Made by a program: the position numbers and the translations under genes. Below are positions 28,415-38,877 of a stretch of DNA of 57,333 nucleotides, one piece after another (position 1 is the first letter of the stretch; each line of letters begins with the position of its first letter). The notes beneath the pieces are model-generated. The model did not search any database. It saw only the letters and a program-made list of their open reading frames with translations, and had not been told where the DNA came from. The DNA is taken from positions 1-57,333 of the forward strand of contig JAZQUS010000039.1 of the NCBI GenBank assembly GCA_045631445.1. The letters run 5' to 3'. The DNA comes from Eubacteriales bacterium. Lineage in GTDB: Bacteria; Bacillota; Clostridia; Oscillospirales; CAG-272.

Positions 28415-30718
28415 TTATTCAAGAATCATATAATAGAGATTTATCGAGTCACCCTTCGTGATTGTGTGACTTCCCGCTTCAAGTTCAACAGTTACAATAC
28501 CATTTGCATTAGTTGTATAAGCCGTTCCATTAATCTTTACTGTTTTACTTGCAGTGCCAAAAACAAGTGTAAGTGTTTTTGATTCAGTAAGTGTAAATGT
28601 AATTGTAGTGGAGGACTCCATCTTCAAGCATTGAGTAAGCTCCATACCATTATATGTAATCGTACCCTTAGAGGAAGAGAGGTTGCCATTTATAGCAAAG
28701 AAGCTTGATGTTTTTCCGCTTTCATGGAAATTATGAACAATAGCACCTTCGGGAGTAGGAGTTACAACAGGAGTATCTGTTCCACCGTTTTCATTTCCGC
28801 CATTATCTCCGCCTTCATTTGTATCATTATCAACATTAGTAGAAACAAGAGTGCCATTATAATTAATTAATGCGGATTTGAGCGCAGAATTTACGTCATA
28901 AGACGAATTATCGGCATCTGTAAACGTCCACTCAAAGTCACCACCCTGAACACGACCTGCAAACTCTTTTACAGTTTCCATAGCCTGCTCCGCTGTTTGA
29001 ATATTGTACTCATACATAGATGAGCTTGTATCAAAGTTGTTGTATGTCGTGCCACCCTTATAAGTAACAACACTTGATGGAACCTTCTCATCTCTTGTAG
29101 ATGCAAGATAACAGTCAAATTGTGTATTATTCTGCTGATATGTAACAACGCTCTTGCCTTTTCCTGCAAAAATATTGCCAAATGCCTTAATAATACCACC
29201 ATTTTCACCGGAGAAAGTACCTTCGTTGTCACCTGCTACGTCAGTTCCCTGCATAGAAATAAGCATAGCATAGTTTGTGTTAAGGAAGTAGTTATTCTCA
29301 ACGAAAATTGATGAGCCCATTGTTGCACCGATAGCATATTTTGCAATGCCATCATAGAAGTTGTTGTAAACGTGAACTGTACACGTTCTAACTCTTGGAT
29401 GACGAGAGTCGGAATGGTCATACCAGTTGTGGTGATATGTGATATAGTTTTCGGTTGTTTCACTTGTCATTCCTTGAAGATTGGATTTACCTGTATCATA
29501 GAAATGGTTAAATGAATGTGTTACATAAGTGGATTTCTTTGTATCAAGCGCGCCATCACCTTTGGCTTGGTCGGAGTCACTGCCTGCATGACCGTAGAAA
29601 AAGTCGCAGTTATGTACCCAAATGTGATCATTATCCTGCTGCAAGCTAACGTTATCACCTTCATTTGAGTCACAGTTCATAAAACCAAGGTTTCTGATTT
29701 CGATATTGGTAGCACCTTTAATTCTCAAGCCAAATCCGTTGAACGTAGCATCGTTACCAACACCTTCAAGTGTGATACCGCCTGTGAATTTACCTTCACC
29801 ACAGTCAATGAGAAGGTCACCCTTATCAAGCACCGCAGGATCAGTAATATTACCAATAAATCTAATGCAAACGGGCTTAGTTTCATAGCCCTTCTTAAGA
29901 GCAGTAAGAATATTTTGAAGACCAACAATTGGTTCAGGACCATACTTACTAATTTGCACGTTCATAGTGATTGTGTCTTTATTAGTATTTGTGACGTAAA
30001 GAACCCTCGCATTGCTCTTGAGAGTACCGTCATCGTTATAAGCACCGCTTGATGTACCGTTTACAAATGCAAACCCTTCGCGAATATGATTAATAGTTTC
30101 CTGTCTAAAGCTTGTTTTTGCAGTTGTAACTTCCTCATCATTTTGAACGGGAAGAATATCAATTCTGTATTCCCCTGCTTTAAGGCCGAGAATGTCACAT
30201 CTATAGTATGTACCGTAATTTCTAATAAGTTCGGTGTCAATCTTCACACCGTCACAATATACGTTATAGCTATCTGCGCCATCAATAGGCTTCCATTCGC
30301 AATAAATAGTTTCAAATGAATATCCTGTGAGTGTTACCTCAATAGTGCCTGTAATTTCAGGCTTTTCATTTTGGTCGGGCTTTTGGAATGGATCCTCGGG
30401 CTTTTCAATAGTAGCACCACAATCGTCGCAAACGTAGTCAGTATTTGCATCCTTGTGCTCTGTGCATTCAGGATCGGGATCGGGTTTAGGATCAACCGGC
30501 TTTTCAAGTTCGACTCCACAGTTATCACAGAGATAATTTTCATCCGTGTCAACGTGAACGTTACAGGTTGGTGGTGTATCATCAGTATCATCGGGTTTAG
30601 TCGTTATCGTAGTGTCATTTTGTGTTGTTGTACTTTGCTCAGGAGGTACTTGCTTACATGCCGCAAGCATAGACGCAACCATTGAAAGCACAAGAAGGAT
30701 AGCTAATAATTTTTTCAT
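28415..30718 (-). CDS. Pectate lyase (PL1) lipoprotein with Fn3-like domain and C-terminal CBM77-like module
   Basis: Lipobox LAAC; NIEIRNL, HIWVHNCDF, GDGALD, ITYHHNWY, SRHPRVR, VHVYNNFY; C-terminal HNF...CLKMESST module. Confidence 0.85.
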   Translation of the reverse strand: MKKLLAILLVLSMVASMLAACKQVPPEQSTTTQNDTTITTKPDDTDDTPPTCNVHVDTDENYLCDNCGVELEKPVDPKPDPDPECTEHKDANTDYVCDDCGATIEKPEDPFQKPDQNEKPEITGTIEVTLTGYSFETIYCEWKPIDGADSYNVYCDGVKIDTELIRNYGTYYRCDILGLKAGEYRIDILPVQNDEEVTTAKTSFRQETINHIREGFAFVNGTSSGAYNDDGTLKSNARVLYVTNTNKDTITMNVQISKYGPEPIVGLQNILTALKKGYETKPVCIRFIGNITDPAVLDKGDLLIDCGEGKFTGGITLEGVGNDATFNGFGLRIKGATNIEIRNLGFMNCDSNEGDNVSLQQDNDHIWVHNCDFFYGHAGSDSDQAKGDGALDTKKSTYVTHSFNHFYDTGKSNLQGMTSETTENYITYHHNWYDHSDSRHPRVRTCTVHVYNNFYDGIAKYAIGATMGSSIFVENNYFLNTNYAMLISMQGTDVAGDNEGTFSGENGGIIKAFGNIFAGKGKSVVTYQQNNTQFDCYLASTRDEKVPSSVVTYKGGTTYNNFDTSSSMYEYNIQTAEQAMETVKEFAGRVQGGDFEWTFTDADNSSYDVNSALKSALINYNGTLVSTNVDNDTNEGGDNGGNENGGTDTPVVTPTPEGAIVHNFHESGKTSSFFAINGNLSSSKGTITYNGMELTQCLKMESSTTITFTLTESKTLTLVFGTASKTVKINGTAYTTNANGIVTVELEAGSHTITKGDSINLYYMILE

Positions 30719-30885
30719 AGTTAATTCCTTTCTAAAATGAATAGTATTTTTTATGAACATACCCATTTTATTATACATTATTAACAATAAAATATCAATG
30801 TTTTTTACAAAAAAACAATTTTTTGTAAAATTATGATATTTTATCTTTCTATTTTTGTCAACTTTATACAAAAAAATCACCCTTT

Positions 30886-31683
30886 TTAAGAGTGACTTTT
30901 TTCAGCAAAATAATTATTGGTTTTAATCATTCCGTCATTTGAAAGAGTAAACACATCAAGCTCAACATTTTTGTCAAGCTCTTGTTGTTTCACATCCTCA
31001 AACTTTTGCATAGGTGCTATAGTAATTCTATTACACTTAATTTCCTCAATAAGCTCCTCAATGCTAAAAATTTCTTTTTCAAGTCCAACGCCTGCAACGA
31101 CGTCGCGATTTTCAATAGAATGAATATCCGTACCCGCAGTCATTGGTAGTCCAAGATTTTTTGCATATTCATAAGAACGACGAGAATGCACGTCAAAATC
31201 ACCAAGATTTAAAACTTCAATAGCATCAACATAATCAAGTGATAGCTTAATATCGGAAACATAGTAACGAACACGGAAGGGATGCGCCTGAATAATAAAT
31301 CCACCCGCGTTGTGAATAACATCAAAAAAAGCAACTCTATCCATATCTCTTATTTCAGGATGTAGCTTTAACCATTCGGGGCTAATTCCAAGTACGATAT
31401 ATTCGTCATTTCCATCACAAAACTTCTGTTCAAAGCCAAAAAGAACCGTAAAACCTCTCTTGTCTCCCTCTTTTTTTGCTCTGTAATATCCTTCGCAATA
31501 TTCTTCCACAAAGATTTCCCAAGGCAATCTGCGATTTATTGAGGTGTTTCCATGATAAAAGTGATCAGTAATAACCATACCGGAAAAACCTTTATCTATA
31601 TAAAATTGTATATAGTCCTCAGGCTCAACAATCGAGCAAAGGCTTGCAGCATTAGTGTGTGAATGTAATTCGTAGTAAAACAT
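30886..31683 (-). CDS. PHP-domain metal-dependent phosphoesterase
   Basis: ELHSHT, ITDH, AHPFR, GTDIH metal ligands. Confidence 0.85.
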   Translation of the reverse strand: MFYYELHSHTNAASLCSIVEPEDYIQFYIDKGFSGMVITDHFYHGNTSINRRLPWEIFVEEYCEGYYRAKKEGDKRGFTVLFGFEQKFCDGNDEYIVLGISPEWLKLHPEIRDMDRVAFFDVIHNAGGFIIQAHPFRVRYYVSDIKLSLDYVDAIEVLNLGDFDVHSRRSYEYAKNLGLPMTAGTDIHSIENRDVVAGVGLEKEIFSIEELIEEIKCNRITIAPMQKFEDVKQQELDKNVELDVFTLSNDGMIKTNNYFAEKSHS

Positions 31684-31816
31684 TTTTTCTCCATAAAATA
31701 AATATCTATTTGACATTATATATCATTTTTCAAAAAATGTCAACAAAAAATGCATATTGACATTTTTATTTTTTTATGTTACAATAACAAGTCAAAATTT
31801 TTATTGGGAGAAAAAA

Positions 31817-32698
31817 ATGCACGAAATATTACATATTTTGGGACATAGTGTAATTGATTCCATCAAACTCATTCCCTTCTTGTTTGTTACATATTTGTTA
31901 ATGGAATATCTTGAGCATCATTCAGAGGAATTTGCAGAAAAAATTCTCAAGAAATCGGGGCAATTCGGCGCGCTTATCGGAAGCATATTGGGACTTATTC
32001 CCCAATGCGGATTTTCCTCTGCAGCCGCAGGATTTTATAGCGCACGCGTAATTTCCATAGGAACACTTGTTGCGGTATTTTTGTCAACAAGTGATGAGAT
32101 GCTACCCATCTTAATTTCCAACCAAGTTTCCGTTACGTTAATAGTTAAAATCCTTCTCACAAAATTTGTCATAGCGGCAATATCGGGTATAAGTGTAGAT
32201 TTAATATTTAAAGCAATATACAAGAAAAAATCTATAAATCAAGAAAGTAAAATTGAAGAGTTTTGCGAGCGTGAGGACTGCCATTGCCATCACGGAATCG
32301 TAAAACCTGCACTAATGCATACTCTCAAGGTCGGTGGGTTTATTTTACTAATCACCGTAATTCTTAACATTTCAATTCACTTTGTTGGTGAAGAAAATAT
32401 TGCAAAAATAATTTTAAACAAACCAGTTCTCGCAAATATTCTATCCGCTATAGTTGGCTTAATCCCGAACTGTGCTTCAAGCATTATAGTAACAGGACTC
32501 TATACCTCAAGCATTCTTTCAGCAGGCGCAATGATTTCAGGATTGCTTATAAATTCAGGCGTTGCATTAGCAGTATTGTTTAGAACAAATAGTCCTAAAA
32601 AGGATACACTCAAAATCGTGCTCATCCTTCTTGCAATATCCATTGCCTCGGGCATAATAATCGACCTTACTCCAATCGGACAATGGCTTGCGATATAA
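31817..32698 (+). CDS. Putative metal (Mn-type) permease
   Basis: Duplicated GLIPQCG / GLIPNCA motifs, STSDE, central CHCHH loop, ~8 TM; start MHEILH after GGGAG. Confidence 0.7.
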   Translation: MHEILHILGHSVIDSIKLIPFLFVTYLLMEYLEHHSEEFAEKILKKSGQFGALIGSILGLIPQCGFSSAAAGFYSARVISIGTLVAVFLSTSDEMLPILISNQVSVTLIVKILLTKFVIAAISGISVDLIFKAIYKKKSINQESKIEEFCEREDCHCHHGIVKPALMHTLKVGGFILLITVILNISIHFVGEENIAKIILNKPVLANILSAIVGLIPNCASSIIVTGLYTSSILSAGAMISGLLINSGVALAVLFRTNSPKKDTLKIVLILLAISIASGIIIDLTPIGQWLAI

Positions 32699-32715
32699 AG
32701 AATAAAATAATCTCA

Positions 32716-32746
32716 AAAAATCCTCTCGCAACGCGAGAGGATTTTT
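32716..32746. terminator. Bidirectional intrinsic terminator
   Basis: AAAAATCCTCTCGC-AAC-GCGAGAGGATTTTT. Confidence 0.8.
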
Positions 32747-32768
32747 CACCTTAATTATTCATTATTTA

Positions 32769-33311
32769 TTATTCATTCTTAATTTTCTCAACTGTGCATC
32801 TCGGATGATGAGGAGGCGCATAAATTGATGAAAGCTTCAAATTGCGTCTTCCAATGTTCACGATATTGTGCCAAGTTCCTGCAGGAATAAATATTGCTTC
32901 CCCCGAATTTAATCTGCATTTGTTAAAAAGCTCATCCCTGTTTTTTCCCGTAAAAGCCATAGCACATCCATTCTCAACTCTAATATATTGATCTGTATCG
33001 TAATGATTTTCTACTCCGATATCCTCTCCACAAGGAATGGACATAATCGTCATTTGAAGATAGTGCCCCGTCCAAGCACTCTCTCTAAAGTTATTGTTTT
33101 TCATCGTAATATTGCCAATATTAGCGCAATAAACCTCACCACCGTGCTCATTCTTACACTTTATTTCACAAGAATTACAAATATGTTTATTACAATCGTC
33201 TTTCCAAAGACTCTCCAAATGAGCATTCTCATTTTCCATTCTTCCCTGCGTTCCTCTTTCGTGCGCACGACAAGTATTATTCATAATGTGATTGTTATAA
33301 TTTTTGTCCAT
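32769..33311 (-). CDS. Cupin-domain protein
   Basis: NNNFR..WTG..LQMTIMSI, GVENHYDTDQY, IPAGTWHN, SIYAPPHH. Confidence 0.85.
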   Translation of the reverse strand: MDKNYNNHIMNNTCRAHERGTQGRMENENAHLESLWKDDCNKHICNSCEIKCKNEHGGEVYCANIGNITMKNNNFRESAWTGHYLQMTIMSIPCGEDIGVENHYDTDQYIRVENGCAMAFTGKNRDELFNKCRLNSGEAIFIPAGTWHNIVNIGRRNLKLSSIYAPPHHPRCTVEKIKNE

Positions 33312-33354
33312 AAATAATCTCCTTTAATTATTCATTACAGTATATGCTAAAATA

Positions 33355-33385
33355 AAAAAAATCGCTCCCAAAGGAGCTATTTTTT
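33355..33385 (-). terminator. Intrinsic terminator of ftsZ
   Basis: GCTCC-CAAA-GGAGC stem flanked by A/T runs. Confidence 0.6.
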
Positions 33386-33396
33386 ATGTATTGATA

Positions 33397-34485
33397 TTAT
33401 TTCTTAAACATTGAGAAGAGATCGTCAAAATCAAGATCATCATTTGACTCTTCAACAACTTCCTTCTTAGGAGCCACCTTAACTTCACTCTTTGCTTCAG
33501 CCTTAGGAGCAGCGGGAGTATCAGTCAACTTCTTTTCAAATCCTGTTGCAACGATAGTAATCTTCATTTCATCCTCAAGATCAGGATCAAATGCAACACC
33601 CCAAATAACGTTTGCATCAACACTTGCTTCTGCAGAAATCATTGCAGCAGCAACGTCAACATCCTGAAGACCGATGTCAGGAGATGCAGTAATACTGATA
33701 ATAACACCAGTAGCACCCTTGATAGTTGTTTCAAGAAGAGGACTGGAGATAGCAGCTTTTGCTGCAAGTTCTGCCTTATCCTTACCTGTTGCACTACCAA
33801 CGCCCATATGTGCGTAACCTGCATTCTTCATAATTGCAGTAACGTCTGCAAAGTCAAGGTTGATGAATGCGGGAACGGAAATGAGCTCAGAGATGCTCTG
33901 AACACCGCGACGAAGAACGTCGTCGGCAGCTTCAAAAGCATTAGCAAGAGTAATTCTTGTATCAGAAACCTGCTTAAGTCTTTCGTTGGGAATTACAACG
34001 AGAGCATCAACATAAGAAGAAAGAGCAGCAATGCCGTCCTCTGCCTGATGCATTCTCTTTGTACCTTCGAAAGCGAAGGGCTTTGTAACGATACCAACTG
34101 TAAGAATATCAAGTTCTTTAGCAATGCGAGCAACTACAGGAGCAGCACCTGTACCTGTACCACCGCCCATACCCGCGGTTACGAAGCACATATCTGCGCC
34201 GGAAAGAATTGCCTTAATTTCTTCTACTGATTCCTCAGCAGAACGAGTACCGATAACGGGGTTAGCACCTGCGCCAAATCCCTTAGTTACCTTTTCACCA
34301 ATAACAAGCTGAACAGAAGCATCGCTTCTTTTAAGTGCCTGTCTGTCTGTGTTAATAGCTACAAATTCAACACCGCGAATATTAGTATTAATCATACGGT
34401 TAACTGCGTTATTACCGCCGCCACCGACACCAATAACTTTAATATTAACGCCTGAACTCATGCTGTCGTCGTGTTCAAAAATCAT
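33397..34485 (-). CDS. ftsZ: Cell division protein
   Basis: [32 protein letters not shown]; ATG 34485 after GGAGG. Confidence 0.97.
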   Translation of the reverse strand: MIFEHDDSMSSGVNIKVIGVGGGGNNAVNRMINTNIRGVEFVAINTDRQALKRSDASVQLVIGEKVTKGFGAGANPVIGTRSAEESVEEIKAILSGADMCFVTAGMGGGTGTGAAPVVARIAKELDILTVGIVTKPFAFEGTKRMHQAEDGIAALSSYVDALVVIPNERLKQVSDTRITLANAFEAADDVLRRGVQSISELISVPAFINLDFADVTAIMKNAGYAHMGVGSATGKDKAELAAKAAISSPLLETTIKGATGVIISITASPDIGLQDVDVAAAMISAEASVDANVIWGVAFDPDLEDEMKITIVATGFEKKLTDTPAAPKAEAKSEVKVAPKKEVVEESNDDLDFDDLFSMFKK

Positions 34486-34610
34486 TTGATTTATCCTCCA
34501 AATTTCACAATAGTGTATAAGTGTTCGTCCATACACATATATAATAATACATTTTTGTGATATTTGCAAGTGTTTTTTTGTTTTTTTCTCAAAAAAATAT
34601 TAATTTTTTA

Positions 34611-35423
34611 TCAATTTTCACAAAAATCGAACTCTTTGCGTATATTTTCATCATCGATATAGCGCAAAATCACTTTTTTCTTATCTGTAGTATCAATTAT
34701 GCAGTTCTCATTTCGTTTAAAACCGTTAGAATTTACCACCTTAAAAGAAGCATCTATCTTTTCCTCAATATCAGCCATAGCGCCAATTACGAATTTAAAT
34801 TGCTTCCCAACCACGAATGAATTATTATATTTTTCTTCAACGTCAACGATATTCAAATACTGATAAAATCCATATTGCTTTATATATTTTATCAAATCAT
34901 CCGCCCTTTGTGAATCCTCGGCATCATAAACATCACCAACTTCACCGGAAATTGCCTTTTCAAGCTTAATACATATACCCGAAAAATCCTCAAAGCTCGG
35001 TGCTTTTTCAACTATTTCGAGAATTTCATATTCATCGTTCACATAGCAAAATCCGCGCTCGTGTTTGATGAGATAAATCGTATCAAATTGCTTAATCGAT
35101 ATGATAACCTTGTTGGGAAAATATGAATTAACCTCAACACCTTCAAGATAGGGCAAATTTTCTAAAATTCGACTTTCTGCCTTCTTTTCATTAACGTAAT
35201 AAAGACGCGCACCGATTCTAATTTTAGAAACGTCAATTATTTCAGAATAAGCATATCTGCTATCCCCCTCAACCTCTATTTCTCTAACGGGAAACATAAG
35301 CAGAACGAGTGATGTAATAAGACCTAAAGCCAAGAGAAACACAACGATAAGCAAAGAAATAAAAATAATTTTACTTCCCTTTCTATGCTCTCTTTTTTCT
35401 TCTTTTCTTTTATTTTCTTCCAT
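34611..35423 (-). CDS. ftsQ: FtsQ/DivIB-type POTRA-domain division protein
   Basis: Basic N-terminus, one TM, FPVREIEVEG...LPYL...FPNKVII POTRA pattern; dcw position. Confidence 0.75.
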   Translation of the reverse strand: MEENKRKEEKREHRKGSKIIFISLLIVVFLLALGLITSLVLLMFPVREIEVEGDSRYAYSEIIDVSKIRIGARLYYVNEKKAESRILENLPYLEGVEVNSYFPNKVIISIKQFDTIYLIKHERGFCYVNDEYEILEIVEKAPSFEDFSGICIKLEKAISGEVGDVYDAEDSQRADDLIKYIKQYGFYQYLNIVDVEEKYNNSFVVGKQFKFVIGAMADIEEKIDASFKVVNSNGFKRNENCIIDTTDKKKVILRYIDDENIRKEFDFCEN

Positions 35424-35424
35424 A

Positions 35425-36534
35425 TTATTTTTTTGTAAGCTTCAAAACTTCATCAAAAATCAACTGATTCGCATTTAAATTTGCAAACTGAACAATGTTC
35501 TGTGCAAGCTGTTCTCTTCTTTTAGAATCTGTAATAAGATTATCCAAATTTTCTCTAAATCCATCAAGTGTAAGACTGCTCTCCTCAAGCAATACAACTG
35601 CATTAGCATCTGCAAGAACCTTTGCATTTTTATACTGATGATTATCAACCACATTAGGAGAAGGAATCATAACACATGCCTTCTTCATCATAGCAAGCTC
35701 TGAAATTGTCATAGCACCTGCACGGCAAACAATAATATCCGCAGCACTCATACGAACGTGCATATCGTGTATATATTCCATCATCGAAAGATTCTTATAT
35801 TTTTCAAGACCTGCTTCGGCAAATCTATTACTAAAATCCTCATAATAATATCTGCCTGTTGCAAGATGACAAATAACCTTCTCATTATGACTAGCACTAT
35901 TGCCCATATAATCAAGCATCATTTCATTGATTTTAAGCGCGCCAAGACTTCCACCAAATGCAAGAACATAGATTTCATCTTTTTTTATACCTAATTTTTC
36001 ACGGGCTTCATTGTAATCAATTCCACCGAATCCACCGCGAAGTGGGTTGCCAACGTGAACCACCTTGCTTTGATTTTTTACGTATTTTGCAGTGTCCTTA
36101 AAGTTCACTAAAATCTTATCGAGGTTGCCTTGAAGCTGTTTTATAGCAAGACCCGGACGTGCATTGGATTCGTGAGCAAGTGTGGGAATTCCCATCTTTG
36201 CCGCCATCTTTAAAGCAGGCCAACAAACGTATCCTCCGGTACCAATAACAATATCAGGTTTAAATTCCTTAATAATTTTCTTAGCCTCAAATTGAGAGGT
36301 AATCATAAGCATTGCAGCTTTGATATTGCTTGGAGAAAGTGAACGGCTAACACCCATAATATTAACGTGATGGAGCTTATATCCCTCTTTGGTTACAAGA
36401 GTATTTTCAAGTCCTTTTTTAGTGCCAACAAACTCAATTTCCGCATCGGGAATATTCTTTTTTATAGTTGCGGCAATTGCAAGTGCAGGATTGATATGTC
36501 CCGCAGTGCCGCCACCTGTCATTAAAACTCTCAT
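35425..36534 (-). CDS. murG: Lipid I GlcNAc transferase
   Basis: GGGTAGHINP, GTGGY, HESN, GNPLR, GGSLGA, RAGAMTISE. Confidence 0.96.
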   Translation of the reverse strand: MRVLMTGGGTAGHINPALAIAATIKKNIPDAEIEFVGTKKGLENTLVTKEGYKLHHVNIMGVSRSLSPSNIKAAMLMITSQFEAKKIIKEFKPDIVIGTGGYVCWPALKMAAKMGIPTLAHESNARPGLAIKQLQGNLDKILVNFKDTAKYVKNQSKVVHVGNPLRGGFGGIDYNEAREKLGIKKDEIYVLAFGGSLGALKINEMMLDYMGNSASHNEKVICHLATGRYYYEDFSNRFAEAGLEKYKNLSMMEYIHDMHVRMSAADIIVCRAGAMTISELAMMKKACVMIPSPNVVDNHQYKNAKVLADANAVVLLEESSLTLDGFRENLDNLITDSKRREQLAQNIVQFANLNANQLIFDEVLKLTKK

Positions 36535-36544
36535 AATTAACTCC

Positions 36545-37855
36545 TTATTTTTTCTTTACCGTACTAAATCTTGAAACCGAAAGAACAATTCCCATTTCAA
36601 AAATCTGAAGTGCAAGAGCTGTACCGCCCGCACTAAAGAACGGAAGTGAAATACCCGTATTGGGCATTGAATTCGTAACAACTGCAATATTGAGTGCAAC
36701 CTGAAGTGCAAGCTTAAATACAAGTCCAAAAACGAGCAATGATGTGTATTTGTCAGGAGCTCTTGCCGCAATTTTAAAGCCACGAATAACAACAAGGGCA
36801 AACAATCCAATGAGAAGCGCTGCTCCAAAAAATCCAAGTTCCTCACAAATAATTGTGAAAACAAAGTCGTTTTGCACCTCAACTATGTATCCAAATTTTT
36901 GTCTACTGTTTCCAAGACCCACACCAAAAAGTCCACCTGAACCAATAGCATAAAGTCCCTGAAGCGTTTGATAAGCCTCACCAAGCGGATTCACTTCATC
37001 AATATTAAGCCAAGTATTAACACGAAGCTGAGCATATTCCGAAACGAGAATAAGTAAGCATCCTGCTGCTGCAACGGCGCCAATTATCAAGAATATCCAT
37101 TTTTGACGTGTTCCTCCCATAAACATAAGGGCAATACCTATCATACCGATAATCATCACACCTGAAATGTGTTTTTCAAGCATAACGAGAATGCAAATAA
37201 ATCCGAAAATAAAAGCAGGATAGAAAACACCGTATTTGAATTCACTCTTCAAACTTTTATCGTTAATTAGCTTTTTGTCATATTTTGCCATATAAAAAGC
37301 AAGCATCATAACAACACCTGTTTTAGCAAATTCAGAAGGCTGTATTGTTATAAAACCAAAGTCCAACCATCTTTGAGCACCATTAAACTCCGCACTGATG
37401 CCCGGAATATTAAGCAAAACCAACAAAAGCAAAAACGCAGATCCAACGTAGGTAACAGTACCGAAGCACTTCCAAAACCAAGGACGCGCGTAGATCACGA
37501 AAGGAATAGTAATAGCAATTGCAGCGATAGCAAAAATCACGTAACGAACGAAGAAATATGCTCCGTCACCAAATTTTTGCTCTGCGGAAACATAGGTCGC
37601 ACTATACATCATAACCGCCCCAAAACAAAGCAAAACGATTATATATATCAAAAAGCGCATGTCAACGCCGTTTCTATAAATAACCGTTTCCCTTTTACTC
37701 TCACTTTCGCGAGAATTGTCGGGCGTGATAGCATTATGAAATGCCTCGTCCTGTTTATAGGATTTCTCACGCCTTTGTTCCATATATTCATTTATTACTT
37801 TTCTAACGCTTTTAGATTCGGAAGATGCAGGGTTGTTCTTCTTATTATTTTCCAT
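36545..37855 (-). CDS. ftsW: SEDS peptidoglycan glycosyltransferase (FtsW/SpoVE)
   Basis: NGAQRW, IQPSEFAK, GSGGLFGVGLG, NDFVF..ICEELG, TGISLPFFSAGG. Confidence 0.9.
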   Translation of the reverse strand: MENNKKNNPASSESKSVRKVINEYMEQRREKSYKQDEAFHNAITPDNSRESESKRETVIYRNGVDMRFLIYIIVLLCFGAVMMYSATYVSAEQKFGDGAYFFVRYVIFAIAAIAITIPFVIYARPWFWKCFGTVTYVGSAFLLLLVLLNIPGISAEFNGAQRWLDFGFITIQPSEFAKTGVVMMLAFYMAKYDKKLINDKSLKSEFKYGVFYPAFIFGFICILVMLEKHISGVMIIGMIGIALMFMGGTRQKWIFLIIGAVAAAGCLLILVSEYAQLRVNTWLNIDEVNPLGEAYQTLQGLYAIGSGGLFGVGLGNSRQKFGYIVEVQNDFVFTIICEELGFFGAALLIGLFALVVIRGFKIAARAPDKYTSLLVFGLVFKLALQVALNIAVVTNSMPNTGISLPFFSAGGTALALQIFEMGIVLSVSRFSTVKKK

Positions 37856-37873
37856 ACCCCTACCTCCAATAAA

Positions 37874-38860
37874 TTAAATTCCAAAAAATGCAATTACGCA
37901 GAATATTGCCGTTATGAGTGAGAAAATTGCAACAATTTTAATTTCACTCCAACCGCATTTTTCAAAATGATGATGAATGGGCGCCATCTTAAATACTCTT
38001 ATTTTTCTGCCTGAAAGCTTGAAAACACCAACCTGAATAATATCGGATGCCGCTTCAATAAGATAAATAATTCCAACAAGGAATATAATCATCGGCTCAT
38101 CAAGAACAAATGTAGCACCAACAACAAGACCACCAAGGAAAAGTGAACCCGTATCCCCCATAAATACTCTTGCAGGATAGAAATTGTATACTAAAAATCC
38201 TGCTGTTGCACCTATAAGACACGCTCCAAGAAGCGCAAGCATTCTCATATCGTAAACAAATGCTACAACACTAAAGAAAATACCAACAACAAGCGTTACA
38301 GAGCTTGCAAGTCCGTCAATTCCGTCAGTAAGATTTACACTATTTACAAAGCCAATAATAAGAACGAACGCAAACACATAATAGAATATACCAAGCTCAA
38401 GAGTAACACTCGTGAAAGGAATATGAAGTGCTGTATTAATATTATCAGTAAGTCCCATTGTCGAAAGATAAATAATTGCCACAAGGGATTGAAGAACTAT
38501 CTTTTGTTTAGCTGTAAATCCTTCATTTTGTTTTTTAACTAATTTTGTATAATCATCAAAGAAACCAATCAATCCATTAAGAGTAGCAAGACCTAAAGCA
38601 AGTGCCAAAGGAATGAGTGATTTTGCCTCACCCTTTGTTGCCACGATGATGGATGTAATGGACATAATTACCAATATTGCCATAATAAAGCAGATGCCTC
38701 CCATAGTGGGTGTACCTGCTTTATTCTTGTGCCAACGCGGGCCAATTTCAAGAATTCTCTGTCCCACCTTATGGCTTTGAAGTATCGGAATTATGAGCTT
38801 TTCAAGTATAACTGTTAAAACGAAAATCGCAAGCGCGACTGAAATAAACTCAATAATCAT
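37874..38860 (-). CDS. mraY: Phospho-MurNAc-pentapeptide transferase
   Basis: KAGTPTMGG, GFFDDY, NSVNLTDGIDG, FMGDTGS, MAPIHHHFE. Confidence 0.96.
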   Translation of the reverse strand: MIIEFISVALAIFVLTVILEKLIIPILQSHKVGQRILEIGPRWHKNKAGTPTMGGICFIMAILVIMSITSIIVATKGEAKSLIPLALALGLATLNGLIGFFDDYTKLVKKQNEGFTAKQKIVLQSLVAIIYLSTMGLTDNINTALHIPFTSVTLELGIFYYVFAFVLIIGFVNSVNLTDGIDGLASSVTLVVGIFFSVVAFVYDMRMLALLGACLIGATAGFLVYNFYPARVFMGDTGSLFLGGLVVGATFVLDEPMIIFLVGIIYLIEAASDIIQVGVFKLSGRKIRVFKMAPIHHHFEKCGWSEIKIVAIFSLITAIFCVIAFFGI

Positions 38861-38877
38861 TTTGTACCTCTATTCTA

